A stretch of 64,000 nt of DNA from contig JBEKVV010000008.1 in the NCBI GenBank assembly GCA_049513715.1, positions 26,447 through 90,446 of the forward strand, given 5' to 3'. This document shows, piece after piece, positions 19,337-29,500 of this stretch (its first letter is position 1; each line of letters opens with the position of its first letter). The position numbers and the translations under genes are program-made. The notes beneath the pieces were generated by a model, which saw nothing but the letters and a program-made list of their open reading frames with translations, was not told the origin of the DNA and made no database searches. Source of the stretch: Candidatus Bathyarchaeia archaeon (GTDB taxonomy: Archaea > Thermoproteota > Bathyarchaeia > 40CM-2-53-6).

Positions 19337-20055
19337 TTGACTAGGGACCTAGCTGGGTTGCCGCAGACAATTGTACCGTCGGGGACGTCACTGATCACCA
19401 CCGAGCCGGCACCTACCATAGCGCTTCTTCCAATCCTCACCCCTGGGAGGATAACTGAATGGGCGCCTACCGATGCGCCACTCCCAACAATTGTCTTGAG
19501 GAGCTTCCAATCGCCTTTCACATGAGGGTACTTGTCATTAGTGAAGGTCACGTTTGGACCTAGGAATACTTGATCTTCGATGATAACGCCGGTCGGTATG
19601 TACACATGGGGTTTGATCTTGCAGTTATCTCCCACCGTGACGCCTTCCTCTATATATACGAAGGACTCGATCCTGCAATTCCTGCCAATCTTACACTTGT
19701 ACAGGTTAACATGGTCCCTCACCTCGGTACCCTCCCCGATCTCAGCGTCTACAATCTTCGAGAACTTTGGCTGTCTCAGGCTGGCCTGATTTCCCTCGGT
19801 AGGGCTAATCGTCTCAGGCCGTAAGTCATCCAACTCTAATGGATCACTTACCTCTGGCGAAGGGGGCTCGGTGACCATTGTGTACCCTAACCACGTAAGC
19901 AGTCCCAACACTCCCAGAAGAGCTACCAACGCGGTTAGTTGAAGGGTCAAGGTTGTGGCATACAGTAATCCCAGAGCGTACGCCACCATGCAGAGAGGGC
20001 CTGCTAGTAGGATCAGGAACCCTACATGCTTGTTATTGACCAGTTTCCCTACCAC
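19333..20055 (-). CDS. Hexapeptide-repeat sugar N-acetyltransferase (WbpD/WxcM-like) fused to an N-terminal two-TM domain
   Basis: Hexapeptide repeats, FTNDKYP, GNPAR; N-terminus homologous to 22408..22665. Confidence 0.88.
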   Translation of the reverse strand: MVGKLVNNKHVGFLILLAGPLCMVAYALGLLYATTLTLQLTALVALLGVLGLLTWLGYTMVTEPPSPEVSDPLELDDLRPETISPTEGNQASLRQPKFSKIVDAEIGEGTEVRDHVNLYKCKIGRNCRIESFVYIEEGVTVGDNCKIKPHVYIPTGVIIEDQVFLGPNVTFTNDKYPHVKGDWKLLKTIVGSGASVGAHSVILPGVRIGRSAMVGAGSVVISDVPDGTIVCGNPARSLVK

Positions 20056-20058
20056 GCA

Positions 20059-20303
20059 CTAACTTGGTTCTCGAATGTGAGGGTTTCTGCGAGTAACATC
20101 ACGTTGCATGTCTTGGTATTCCTTCAGAAATCTTGAGCCAGACTCGGTGATTTCATAGCTAATTCCTTCCTGAGTTGAAACGGTACGCACAAAGCCCGAT
20201 CTCACGAGCATGTCAGCGTACCTCGCAAGTGTAGCGTTGTCAGCACTTTCCTTATTCGAGACATTGCTTGGCTTTGAACCACTACTCGCCATTTCCAAGA
20301 CCA
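20059..20303 (-). pseudogene. wHTH (HTH_45-like) domain lacking its first helix
   Basis: VLEMASSG...LARYADMLVRSGFV...YEITESGSRFLKEY aligns with 24805..25125. Confidence 0.65.
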
Positions 20304-20540
20304 CGAAAGAACTAGAGCTGCCGTGCCGGAGGCTGTTGAAACAGCGATCTTCGTTCCACAATATCGGGCGAACTCCTCTTCAAACTTGTACACGCTTTCT
20401 CCGAGGACGAAGCGTTCATTCTGCAGTGCATGAACCGCTGCCTCTTTCATTTCCTCGTCGAAAACCGACTTTGCTAGCGGTATCTTCGGTCTCGGCGGGT
20501 GGGCGTTCACAGTTGCCTCGGCGGACTGATCCGTATTCAT
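20304..20540 (-). pseudogene. Truncated DegT aminotransferase (N-terminal about 79 aa)
   Basis: KIPLAKSVFDEEMKEAA...ASGTAALVLS is nearly identical to the N-terminus of 33796..34914; homology then stops. Confidence 0.85.
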
Positions 20541-20541
20541 G

Positions 20542-21189
20542 CTACGCTAACCTCTCTGACTGGACCCTTTCGAGGCTGACCGAAAACCGCCTTCCGAGCG
20601 CGACCAAGGCCAGTCCGACTGTGAGGATCGTCAGCGAAATGACAGTTGGGGTGAGTCTGATGCCCCATGGCGTGTAGTTGAGCACGAGCCCGACCAACGG
20701 AACCAGTGCCAAGCTTAGCCCAACGCTCAGCGCGAAACGCTCGATTCCATCCAAGTCGCGCCCTTTCGGGAAGAGGGCCTCGACTGTCACGTAGCCCGGC
20801 AGGAATAGAACAAACACGGAGCCCAAGACCCATCGCACTGCCACCAGCGGAAGCTCGGCCGAAAGCGTGTAGATCGCAAGCACCGTCATCAGCGACGCTG
20901 CCACTGACGCATAGAACCACACGTTTCTTTCCCAAAGTCCAAGATACTCCCTCAGGGATCTCACATGCGGTGGCACATCTTCAGCCTCAACCTGATTCCG
21001 CTCGACAAGACGCCACACCAGATCCGTGACCTCAGTGTCACTTAAGGACGGGTTCTTCGCTTGAAGAGCATCCAATAACACTGGGACGGTCGTTGTGCCG
21101 TTCTTCCTCAAATAGTCAAGCGCCTGATCATCTAGGCTTTTCGCCGTGGACAAAACGAGATGCGGCTGCTTGCCGTTCTTCCCATTCAT
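20542..21189 (-). CDS. DUF1616 N-terminal (membrane) half with wHTH-like N-terminal domain
   Basis: LGSVFVLFLPGY...ERFALSVGLSLALVPLVGLVLNYTPWGIRL. Confidence 0.85.
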   Translation of the reverse strand: MNGKNGKQPHLVLSTAKSLDDQALDYLRKNGTTTVPVLLDALQAKNPSLSDTEVTDLVWRLVERNQVEAEDVPPHVRSLREYLGLWERNVWFYASVAASLMTVLAIYTLSAELPLVAVRWVLGSVFVLFLPGYVTVEALFPKGRDLDGIERFALSVGLSLALVPLVGLVLNYTPWGIRLTPTVISLTILTVGLALVALGRRFSVSLERVQSERLA

Positions 21190-21260
21190 GCCAACGACGC
21201 CCGGCTGTCGCCACTGCTATATAGAATGGAGAATGATGATGCAAACGGATTGATCCGCGA

Positions 21261-21746
21261 ATGCGCAGCTCCTGGAGAATTCTCATCCTCACGATCGCCA
21301 CGATGCTTATTTTTGTCGCCGTGCAGTCGAACAATTTCACGTACCTTCGCGCAAATGAAATTCAACCCGGATTCAACCAGGCGATCACGCAAGTCCGCTT
21401 GGCCGAGTCGTCGGGTGCAACGCAGAGCGAGATCACTGAACTTCTCACACCGCTGAACAAGGCGCTCGACCTGAACGAGCAAGCACTTAAGCTGACGTCG
21501 CCCAACGACGCGCAGCGGCGCGCAGAACTTCTCACCCAGGTTAATGCGATGCTGAACGATGTGCAAACGAGGGCCAGCGAGCTGGAGACTGTAGCCTCCC
21601 AGAGAACTCGCACCAATACCCTGCTCGCGTACGTCTACGGCGGCATCGCGGCTGCAGTTGGAACATTCGCCTACGCGGTCCTCATGGTTTTCTATCGACG
21701 GTACCGTATCAAACGCACATCCCAAATGAAGGTCACCGCAAAATGA
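21261..21746 (+). CDS. Membrane-anchored helical hypothetical protein
   Basis: Signal/TM at both ends, helical core; ATGA overlap with the next gene. Confidence 0.7.
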   Translation: MRSSWRILILTIATMLIFVAVQSNNFTYLRANEIQPGFNQAITQVRLAESSGATQSEITELLTPLNKALDLNEQALKLTSPNDAQRRAELLTQVNAMLNDVQTRASELETVASQRTRTNTLLAYVYGGIAAAVGTFAYAVLMVFYRRYRIKRTSQMKVTAK

Positions 21747-22375
21747 GCTTAATATCATCACAGAACAAGCGCACATTCATCATAGTCTTCATTACGCTTC
21801 TAGTCGTTTTCGAGATGATCGCGTACGTGGCCACGACTCCACGTCCACGCGAACAGTTCTTCCAGCTCTATGTTCTCGGCTCGAAGAGAATGGCCGCTGA
21901 TTACTATCCAAACAACGACACCGATATTTCGCGCGGCGAAATGGTCACCTGGTACCTGGGCGCCACGAACTCCATGGGCAACGTCCAGTTCGCCGAGATT
22001 CGCGTTAAGCTAGGCAACCAGACCATAAAGCCGCCCGATGACCAACTGGCGCTGCCGTCTCCGGCGCCACTCGTCACAGAATTCAAACGCTTCACGCAAG
22101 ACAATGAGACGTGGGAATTCCCGTTTGTCTGGCGCGTCACTAACGTCAGATTCGCGAACAACTCTGCAAAGATCTTGGAGCTTGAGATCAACGGTGAGAC
22201 CTTTCAGGTAGTTGACTGCTCCGCTCGTGGCGGTTACAACTTTCGGTTGATCTTTGAGCTTTGGACATGGGATACGGGCACGGGAGCGTTTCAGTTCGGC
22301 TGGGTCACTGGCGGCGAGCATCGAGTGGCTTGGCTGCAAGTCTGGTTCAACATGACAACTCCTACAGCGGTGTAA
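21743..22375 (+). CDS. DUF1616 C-terminal-half protein
   Basis: TM then PREQFFQLYVLG...AADYYP, RLIFELW. Confidence 0.8.
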   Translation: MSLISSQNKRTFIIVFITLLVVFEMIAYVATTPRPREQFFQLYVLGSKRMAADYYPNNDTDISRGEMVTWYLGATNSMGNVQFAEIRVKLGNQTIKPPDDQLALPSPAPLVTEFKRFTQDNETWEFPFVWRVTNVRFANNSAKILELEINGETFQVVDCSARGGYNFRLIFELWTWDTGTGAFQFGWVTGGEHRVAWLQVWFNMTTPTAV

Positions 22376-22407
22376 GAGGCGCTGACTAATTCTGTCCAGC
22401 TCGTCGT

Positions 22408-22665
22408 CTACTGACCTTTCCGCTCAGAGCCCGCTACAGTGTCCGTCTGAGTCAAAGCGGGTTCCGACTCGAGTGGGACTGGTGGAGGTGTCGTTGCCAT
22501 GGTCCACCCAATCCATGCCAATATTATGAGCACCCCTGCCACAGCGACGAACGCGGTAACCTGCAGAACCATAACCGGGAAAGCGTAGACGAGCCATGCG
22601 TAGACAATGATCCCAACCACGCTGCCGACAAGGAGCGCGGTGCCGATTGCTCTGTCTTTATTCAT
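22408..22665 (-). CDS. Small conserved archaeal two-TM protein (WIGWTMATTPPP family)
   Basis: Two TM helices and LAWIGWTMATTPPP. Confidence 0.8.
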   Translation of the reverse strand: MNKDRAIGTALLVGSVVGIIVYAWLVYAFPVMVLQVTAFVAVAGVLIILAWIGWTMATTPPPVPLESEPALTQTDTVAGSERKGQ

Positions 22666-22666
22666 T

Positions 22667-23041
22667 CTACGTGTTTACCTCTAACAATCCAAGATACGTC
22701 TGGTATCGTGGATCTTGCAACCAACCTCGCACTCTTGGAGCCCAACTGAACACTCCACGGGGCTTGGCGAACTCCTGAAGCATCATCGTCGCTCTTGTTC
22801 TTCCGACTCTTCCGATGCGGCTAACCATCTGAACGATCTTCAATGCAACGCGTAGGGCCTGCACCATTAGTTTCGTGTTGCTGATTTTGCCCCTAGCCTT
22901 GGCTACCCATAAAGCGCACCGGAACAGCGCTCTATCCGCAGTATCAAGGTGTCCCCAATTCCCGTTTCTGAGGCCCCTACGCAGGAAACCAACCAAGCAA
23001 GGATAAGTGATAGAATTACCATCTTCAAGCAAATCACTCAT
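22667..23041 (-). CDS. Hypothetical basic protein
   Basis: ORF tightly coupled to 22665; LRRGLRNGNW...DRALF. Confidence 0.6.
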   Translation of the reverse strand: MSDLLEDGNSITYPCLVGFLRRGLRNGNWGHLDTADRALFRCALWVAKARGKISNTKLMVQALRVALKIVQMVSRIGRVGRTRATMMLQEFAKPRGVFSWAPRVRGWLQDPRYQTYLGLLEVNT

Positions 23042-23310
23042 CCAATCCTTAGCTGATCTACGGCCCGAATGATGCGATTGTGTAGTGGCCGCGAACACGG
23101 AAACTGTAGCACCTTGAACTCGAAAGAACCATCAATGGTTATAATTCATTGCGAGTTGCACACTAGAATACAGGCAAGGGTCTTCTATGAGACTTGTTCT
23201 TTTTACTTGTTGTTGTCAAACCTCGTTCAGAGAGCACAGCTCCTCTAGAAGTCGTGTCGGGAACTTTATTATTGCGCCGACCACGACCTAACCTTGAATG
23301 GGAAGCCACT

Positions 23311-24450
23311 TTGGTTTATTGCAACGGTTGCGGTACCAGACCCGCCCAACACGACAACTACTGCCGAACCTGCGGAAAAAAGATCAGCCATCTCCCTATG
23401 CTTTGGAGGATAAGGCAGAATGTCTCTGTGCCTGTTCGGCTAGGGGCCAGAATGGAAATTGAGACTAGAAGACCTGTCATGAGAACTATGGAAAACAACT
23501 CCGCAATCAATAGTACAACCGACGCCAACCCAAACGTGGCAATGGTCGCTCGGTCTGGAGAAGTAATGACCAAAACTGAACAAGTTCACAGGCAAGATGC
23601 GAACTTTGAGTTGGCGCCGAGCCTCCCGGAAGAAGAGGAACTAATCGTCAAGATGAAAGAATTAGAGACGACCAACCTTCGCGCCAAATCTCGGAAAAAG
23701 GGAATTCAACCCTCAACTATCGCGGGCTACACCATGGTTGCCACGGGCGTTATTTCTCTAGCGTTGTCAGTCTATGTCTCATCAACAATCCTCGTCTTCA
23801 TGGGTCTGGGGCTCACGTTCTGGGGGGCCCTCCTCCTATTTATCAGGCCTCAGAAGTACGTGAGATCGGCGCTCATGGACTCCACCGCGCTCTCGTCCAT
23901 GAGAACGATCGACCGTGTCATGACAAGCTTGGGTTATCTTGAGAAGGGCATCTACATCCCGGGGGGAAATCCTGAAAGAGCGGTCGTCTTCGTCCCTTCC
24001 GAACCATTTGGGAGAATTCCGAAGGCCAAGGAGATTGAGGATCAAACGTTCATCGAGAACCCAAAGGGCATTGTTATGATTCCTCCCGGTCTCGCGTTGG
24101 CAAACTTGATCGAAAAGGAACTCGGCGTCGATTTGAAGAAATGCAGCCTGGAAGCTCTGAACGAACGCTTGCCGAAGCTGATCATTGAGGATCTGGAGAT
24201 AGCACAGAACTTTGAAATGCACGTCAACGGCGACGAAGTGCGCTTCAAGTTCGATGGATCAATCTACTCCGACTTCTGCCACAAACTCAGTAACAGCACG
24301 AGGGTTTGTGCAGGTCTGGGGTGCCCGATGTGCAGCGCCATGGCATGCGTGCTCGCCATATCAACAGGCAGACCCGTTTCATTCGAAGGGGACAAGTTTT
24401 CCGCAGACGGCAAGTCACTCGAATCCTCTTATCGCATCCTCGAGGCTTGA
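23311..24450 (+). CDS. Archaeal membrane protein with N-terminal zinc ribbon and C-terminal Cys-cluster (V4R-like) domain
   Basis: CNGCG...YCRTCG; two TM; IPPGLAL; GCPMCSAMAC. Confidence 0.75.
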   Translation: MVYCNGCGTRPAQHDNYCRTCGKKISHLPMLWRIRQNVSVPVRLGARMEIETRRPVMRTMENNSAINSTTDANPNVAMVARSGEVMTKTEQVHRQDANFELAPSLPEEEELIVKMKELETTNLRAKSRKKGIQPSTIAGYTMVATGVISLALSVYVSSTILVFMGLGLTFWGALLLFIRPQKYVRSALMDSTALSSMRTIDRVMTSLGYLEKGIYIPGGNPERAVVFVPSEPFGRIPKAKEIEDQTFIENPKGIVMIPPGLALANLIEKELGVDLKKCSLEALNERLPKLIIEDLEIAQNFEMHVNGDEVRFKFDGSIYSDFCHKLSNSTRVCAGLGCPMCSAMACVLAISTGRPVSFEGDKFSADGKSLESSYRILEA

Positions 24451-24456
24451 AGCTCA

Positions 24457-24669
24457 ATGTGGTTCCCGCTGGGTTTCGGGGATCTCAGCCTCTGGACTGC
24501 CGTCGTGGCGATAATACTGCTCATCACGTCCGAGCTGTTGTCGCCCCAGTACGGAATGACAGGGATCATGATAAACAGACGTCGACTGCGTTTCGTAGCT
24601 CTTATGGTCGCCTTCGTCTTCTTGGGCACCGTGGCCTACAGAGTCTACGAAATAGTCATCAAACCGTGA
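24457..24669 (+). CDS. Small two-TM membrane protein
   Basis: SLWTAVVAIILLITSELLSP; coupled to the upstream gene. Confidence 0.75.
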   Translation: MWFPLGFGDLSLWTAVVAIILLITSELLSPQYGMTGIMINRRRLRFVALMVAFVFLGTVAYRVYEIVIKP

Positions 24670-24804
24670 CCTTTAGCCCAAGGCATGTGAGTCAGACTAT
24701 GATCTAGGGTGCGTTTCTCTATTTGCTCAGGTTCGAGCACAGGAACACTATTTATCGTTAGCACGATGATGCTGCTGGCCATCGGGCCCGAATCCGCTAA
24801 AGCG

Positions 24805-25125
24805 CTACTCGGAAACGCTCAAACTTTTCTCAAGCGACCGTCTCTTTGCCTCAACAACTTCGGAATGCTTTTGCAGTTCACTAAAATCTTCCAGAAACTG
24901 GCGGCCCTTCTCTGTGGCCACGTAGATCTTCTCTTTCTCGTTTCGCGCTTGCAGAAGGCCGAGGTTCACAAGCATCTCTAGGTACTTCTGGAGAAGGTCG
25001 AAGCTAAGGTTGCCCTGGTACATAATTCGTGTCTTTCGGGAGCCGTTCTTTGCGATTTCAAGGATGCCTGCGGTTATCTCCATCCGGTTTCTGTAAGGCC
25101 TTCTGCGGCCGTTTGACTGTTCCAT
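24805..25125 (-). CDS. Winged-helix regulator (HTH_45/DUF4364-like)
   Basis: YRNRMEITAGILEIA...KTRIMYQGNLS...YVATEKGRQFL. Confidence 0.9.
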   Translation of the reverse strand: MEQSNGRRRPYRNRMEITAGILEIAKNGSRKTRIMYQGNLSFDLLQKYLEMLVNLGLLQARNEKEKIYVATEKGRQFLEDFSELQKHSEVVEAKRRSLEKSLSVSE

Positions 25126-25221
25126 GTAACCCCATTTGGCACCCGAAGGGCGTGGGAGGGTAGGGTACAGGCTGAAAAGGCAGTTGTGAAAGTCTTTTCT
25201 AGAACATTAATCCAGTCCGCT

Positions 25222-25542
25222 TCACGCGTAAATAGACTCTCGTTCATTGTCCAAGGCAAGAACTGAGAGCACACTCGCCACCTCGTTAGGTGAGGGGCCC
25301 CCAGTCACTCTAATCATCATCTCCGCTCCTCCTAACGATTGGGCAAAGCCATACTTCACCAGAAAACCCAGCGCCGCATTCACCGCTTCAGGTTCGAAAG
25401 ACGACTCACTAGCTAGATCCTGTCTCGTGTGCCATCTCCCATCCCTAGCCAGGAACCACAACTCGTCAAGAACGGTTGCGAGCCGCGACAGTTTCAACGC
25501 GCCTTCCACTGACCCTGCTGACAAGCGCAGAGTTGAACCCAT
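25222..25542 (-). CDS. Winged-helix-like protein; paralogue of 59888..60370
   Basis: LDELW...WH...L..ES...LGFLVKYGF...GPSP. Confidence 0.65.
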   Translation of the reverse strand: MGSTLRLSAGSVEGALKLSRLATVLDELWFLARDGRWHTRQDLASESSFEPEAVNAALGFLVKYGFAQSLGGAEMMIRVTGGPSPNEVASVLSVLALDNERESIYA

Positions 25543-25690
25543 TTCGACATCGGCATAGTGCGCGTTGAAGTCTCTAAACTAAAAACATCGATGAGCTGAT
25601 GTACAAGAAAGTTGCCATGCCAGCTTCTATAAATCGTGTACTACCAACAGATCAGCGGTCGCACGGTTCCGCTGATCGAGAAGGATTCGA

Positions 25691-25987
25691 TTAAGGTGTC
25701 TTCTGGACGAAGTACTCTGAAAGATGTGTATACTCTTTCAGGAATTCGATTCCTTTCTCCGTGGCTTTGAACATGTTTGTGCCAGTTTCTTCGTCCACGA
25801 ACCTCATAAGCAGGCCCTTATTTTCTAGAAACGTTAGGTACTTTTCGAGTTGCCTGTGGCTCAAATTCGCCTTATACATGATGTGCGTTTTGAGCGTTCC
25901 GCTGCCCGCAACCTTCAACATGCTGCCCAATATTTCGACTCGTGTCCTATTACCGAACTGTTCCTGGCTCTCTTCTAGATGAAGCAC
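25691..25987 (-). CDS. Winged-helix regulator (HTH_45-like)
   Basis: RTRVEILGSML...KTHIMYKANLS...FKATEKGIEFLKEY. Confidence 0.9.
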   Translation of the reverse strand: MLHLEESQEQFGNRTRVEILGSMLKVAGSGTLKTHIMYKANLSHRQLEKYLTFLENKGLLMRFVDEETGTNMFKATEKGIEFLKEYTHLSEYFVQKTP

Positions 25988-26521
25988 TACGAACTTGACC
26001 CGCTTGAAGGTCTATGCTTGTTTCAGTTTCAATATAAAAACTGCGTGGAAAGAAAAAACTTAGCAAATCCATAACTCACCGGATATTCCAGGTTGAACAG
26101 TTGAATGCCCAAAACAATATGCGCTAACCACACATTTCAACGGAAACTGTGACGAAAGAAGTTGGACGAATGAATCTGCCCCGTGCGACCAACAGCCACC
26201 GTTAATGTCTCAGGTTTATGTTTCCTCTAACACATCCAACGCATCGACTTCTGCTAAGGCTCTTAGACGTTCTGTCGACCATGTGCCTGAAGATCCACTG
26301 GAATTCTGATTGACTAGAGAGAGGGTTAATCCGTGCTCCATTCTCAGTTTCTGAAGAAGAATTCATCAAGGAAAATTGGAGCGAAACAACTGCGGCTCAT
26401 TTCGGTTCTTTATTGCAACAATATGTGGAAGCTGGAATGAGCGCCAAAGGACTAAGATAGAATATGCTTGTTGTTGGTGTTTGTTGGATAAGAAGGGGGG
26501 AAGTTCTACAACGTTCGACGC

Positions 26522-29500
26522 TTAGAGGCGTCTGCGTCGTAGTACGTAGAGTGATGCTGCTAGCGCTGAGAATGCTACAACCGCTATTGATGTGAACTCT
26601 GGCACCGGGATGTTGCTTCGTTCCAGTTGGAACGAGACGCCCGATGAGCTTTGTCCGCTGCTGATGGTGAGGGATTGGCTTACTGTGGTGAAGCCTTGGT
26701 TACCGCTTGGAGTCCAAGCGATGACCTGCATGTTGTACTGACCTGCGTCCAGGTAGGCGTCGTAGAATCCGTCACGAGTCCACGTGCTGAAGGTTTGGTT
26801 GCCCGTGGCTGATGCAAACTGGATCGTGTCCCAGGACTCTGTGCGGAAGTCGTTCGCCCACGTGAATCCGTAGACGTTTCCGCTGATGTACCCGCGCTTG
26901 TCAAGTTCGTAGATTGCTGAGGCTTCTGCTCCTAGGTGAGCGTTGGGTATACTCCACACTTGGCGTTGAGCATATGGACCTAAGCCGTTTGCAGCTAAGC
27001 TGTCACCCGAGTATCCGAAGGGTCCCGCTGGGCTTCCCGGAATCGTGTGGAAGCTATCGCCTTCCAGTAGACCTTCAGCTGCTGGGAACCAGTTCGACTG
27101 AAGCGGGAACCCGTCAGCGCCGAAGTTGTTCTTCGGGTACAGGTTCACCGTGTCAACCTCAGCAGTCCAGCCACCGCTGTAGCTGCTGGGTATGGTGGTT
27201 GAGAAGCCGTCAATACCGTAGAGGTACGAGTCGACTTTCTGTCCGCTTGAACCGTCCCATGCCTTAGTGTGCAGTATACTGGAACCAGATCCATCTAGTG
27301 GGTCACCGTCGTAGTCATACATTCCGTACAATTCGACGCGTACTTGTTGCGTCCGAGCCGGAATGGCTCCACGCCAGTAGCCTTCACCCCAACCTTTCAC
27401 GTTCTTCTGTATGTTGTAGAACGAAGACCAAACTTGGCTTGCCTGCCCTTGGTTGCTGTCGAAACCTTGCCAAACGGCGATGCCTGGGGACGATGACCCA
27501 TAATAGTCACCGAACCAAATGAAGCCATCACCGTTAGCTGTGCCACCGTCGACACTCTTCAAACCATTGCCCACATCAGGCGATGGTGAGAACGGGTCGG
27601 GGTAGTAAGTGTAACCGCTGCCAATGCCGCTAGCGTCCCTCCCGCGACCAACCGCGTCGGTTGCATCCTTCAGGTGGAATTGGTCAACTGCCTGCGATGA
27701 TTGCGTGGCAACCAAGTTGCCGGCATCGTCGAAGAGTCTTACTCGCATTGTCATGTTGAAGTCGGTGGGTGTGAAGATGCCCTCTTTCTTGAAGGGTATG
27801 TTGATGGTGACGTTGACACCTTGCAGTAGGTTCACTCTAATGTCGCCAAATCCACCCTTCGGTGCGTAGACACTGAACTCCTGGTGCTGCACGTATCCTG
27901 GCGTGAACCAGAACGCCGTGTAGGTTCCAGTTTCCAAGCCTATGCTCGTCGTGAAGGGGGGTGCACCTCGCCTGTAGAGTGAGGGATTCGCCAAGAAGCC
28001 GCCACCATACTGGCCTATGTCCCAGTACTGGAGATTACCACCAAACTCCCAGCCAGGGCCGTTGTCAGCTCCATCCGATTCGAGGTTGTTGACACCGTCG
28101 AACTCTTGCACCTCGACGTTGGTAGCCCCTGCTATTTGACGCACGTCAATGTCTCCGTACGCGTATCCATTCTGATCGAACACGTACCCTCGCAACTCAG
28201 TGCCCGGTAGCTCCCACGGCTTTGCGGTCGTGGGGTGCTCCCAGTCGATACTGTAGATGGTGATGTTGAGTATGGCTCCACGGTAGAGGTGGTTGCTGAT
28301 CTGCGCAGGGTTGCCGCTCAACGTAAGCGAAACGGATTCGAAGGTTTGCTGAACGTACCCACGCATATACACGTAAACCGTGTATGTGCCTGCGGGTAAT
28401 CCGTAGTCACGATGGCCTGCTGGGATGAAGTCAGAGTATTTGATTCCGAACGTGTCGGGTCCCATCATGCCGAACCCGTTGATCTGTATGCTTCTGTTCT
28501 CATCAGTGCCCAAGACATGTGTGAAGTTCAGGCCCCACAGCACTCCGTTCGAATCGCGAACCTCAGCAATCAGGTATCTGCTACCTGCTGCTAGGCCGTT
28601 CTTCGGACTGGGCCCAAGGCAGCCGTTCACCGCGCATTCTTGTAGCGTGCCTGGCAAGTCGTGGAAGTGAACGGTCTTGTTGATGGTACTGCTGATTCGA
28701 AGGTCCATGGGCATGAATACGTCTCCAGCCCACTCATCCTTCGCAACATCAAAGTAGTACTCGTCAAGCGTCTGGCCGTCTTGGAGTGTTTGCGTGTATC
28801 CGTTGATCCACGCCCTCACCCAGTACCGACCAGCCGTTAAGCCGTTGACCCATGTTGCCAAAGCCTGTGGAACGTGTCCATCAAAGTCTGTTGGTGCACC
28901 GTAAACTCCCTTCACTCCGAATCGGTAGATGAAACTGTTCGAGCCACCACCGTTCGTGAATTTGCCTGCTCCGTCAACCCACCAGTACTGCGCTGGACCA
29001 ACACCGTTCTGCTTGCCGCATAGGTCGTTCTTTCCACCGCATTGCACTCCGTTTTCAGCGAAGTTGTTGGCGAGGGGATAGTTTTGTGCTGGGAAGAATT
29101 GGCTGTAGTACGATCCACCCCAAGCCGCATTTGCTGCGAACCACGGGTAGGCCACGGGCCTGGGTGTTGGACAACCAGACGCGTCATGCGTACTCGTTGA
29201 AACAGTTTCGCAAGCACTGTTAGGGGGGTAGGCGCCTTTATTCATGCCTCGGAAGGAATCCCAATCATAAGCCATGAATGGTGGATGCGTCAAGTTCAGA
29301 GGTGAGAACGCTCTAACACTGCTGCTAGCGTAATCGTTGGCGCCGTAAAGTTCCACGTACACCGGTCTCGGGTTGCTTGGCCAAGGTTCTTCACCAAACA
29401 AGTGTTTGCTGTAGATTTGTCCATTGACAACTGGTCCTGGGTTCAGGTAGATGTCCAAATGGAACGATTGGCCGGGTAGTATGGTTACTTGTGATGCGAC

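Noticed and set aside
26000..26500. Possible chromosomal origin (ORB-like TTCCAGTGGA near 26293-26303, minus strand)
   Set aside because: A single partial match, no G-string, no cdc6/orc1 nearby
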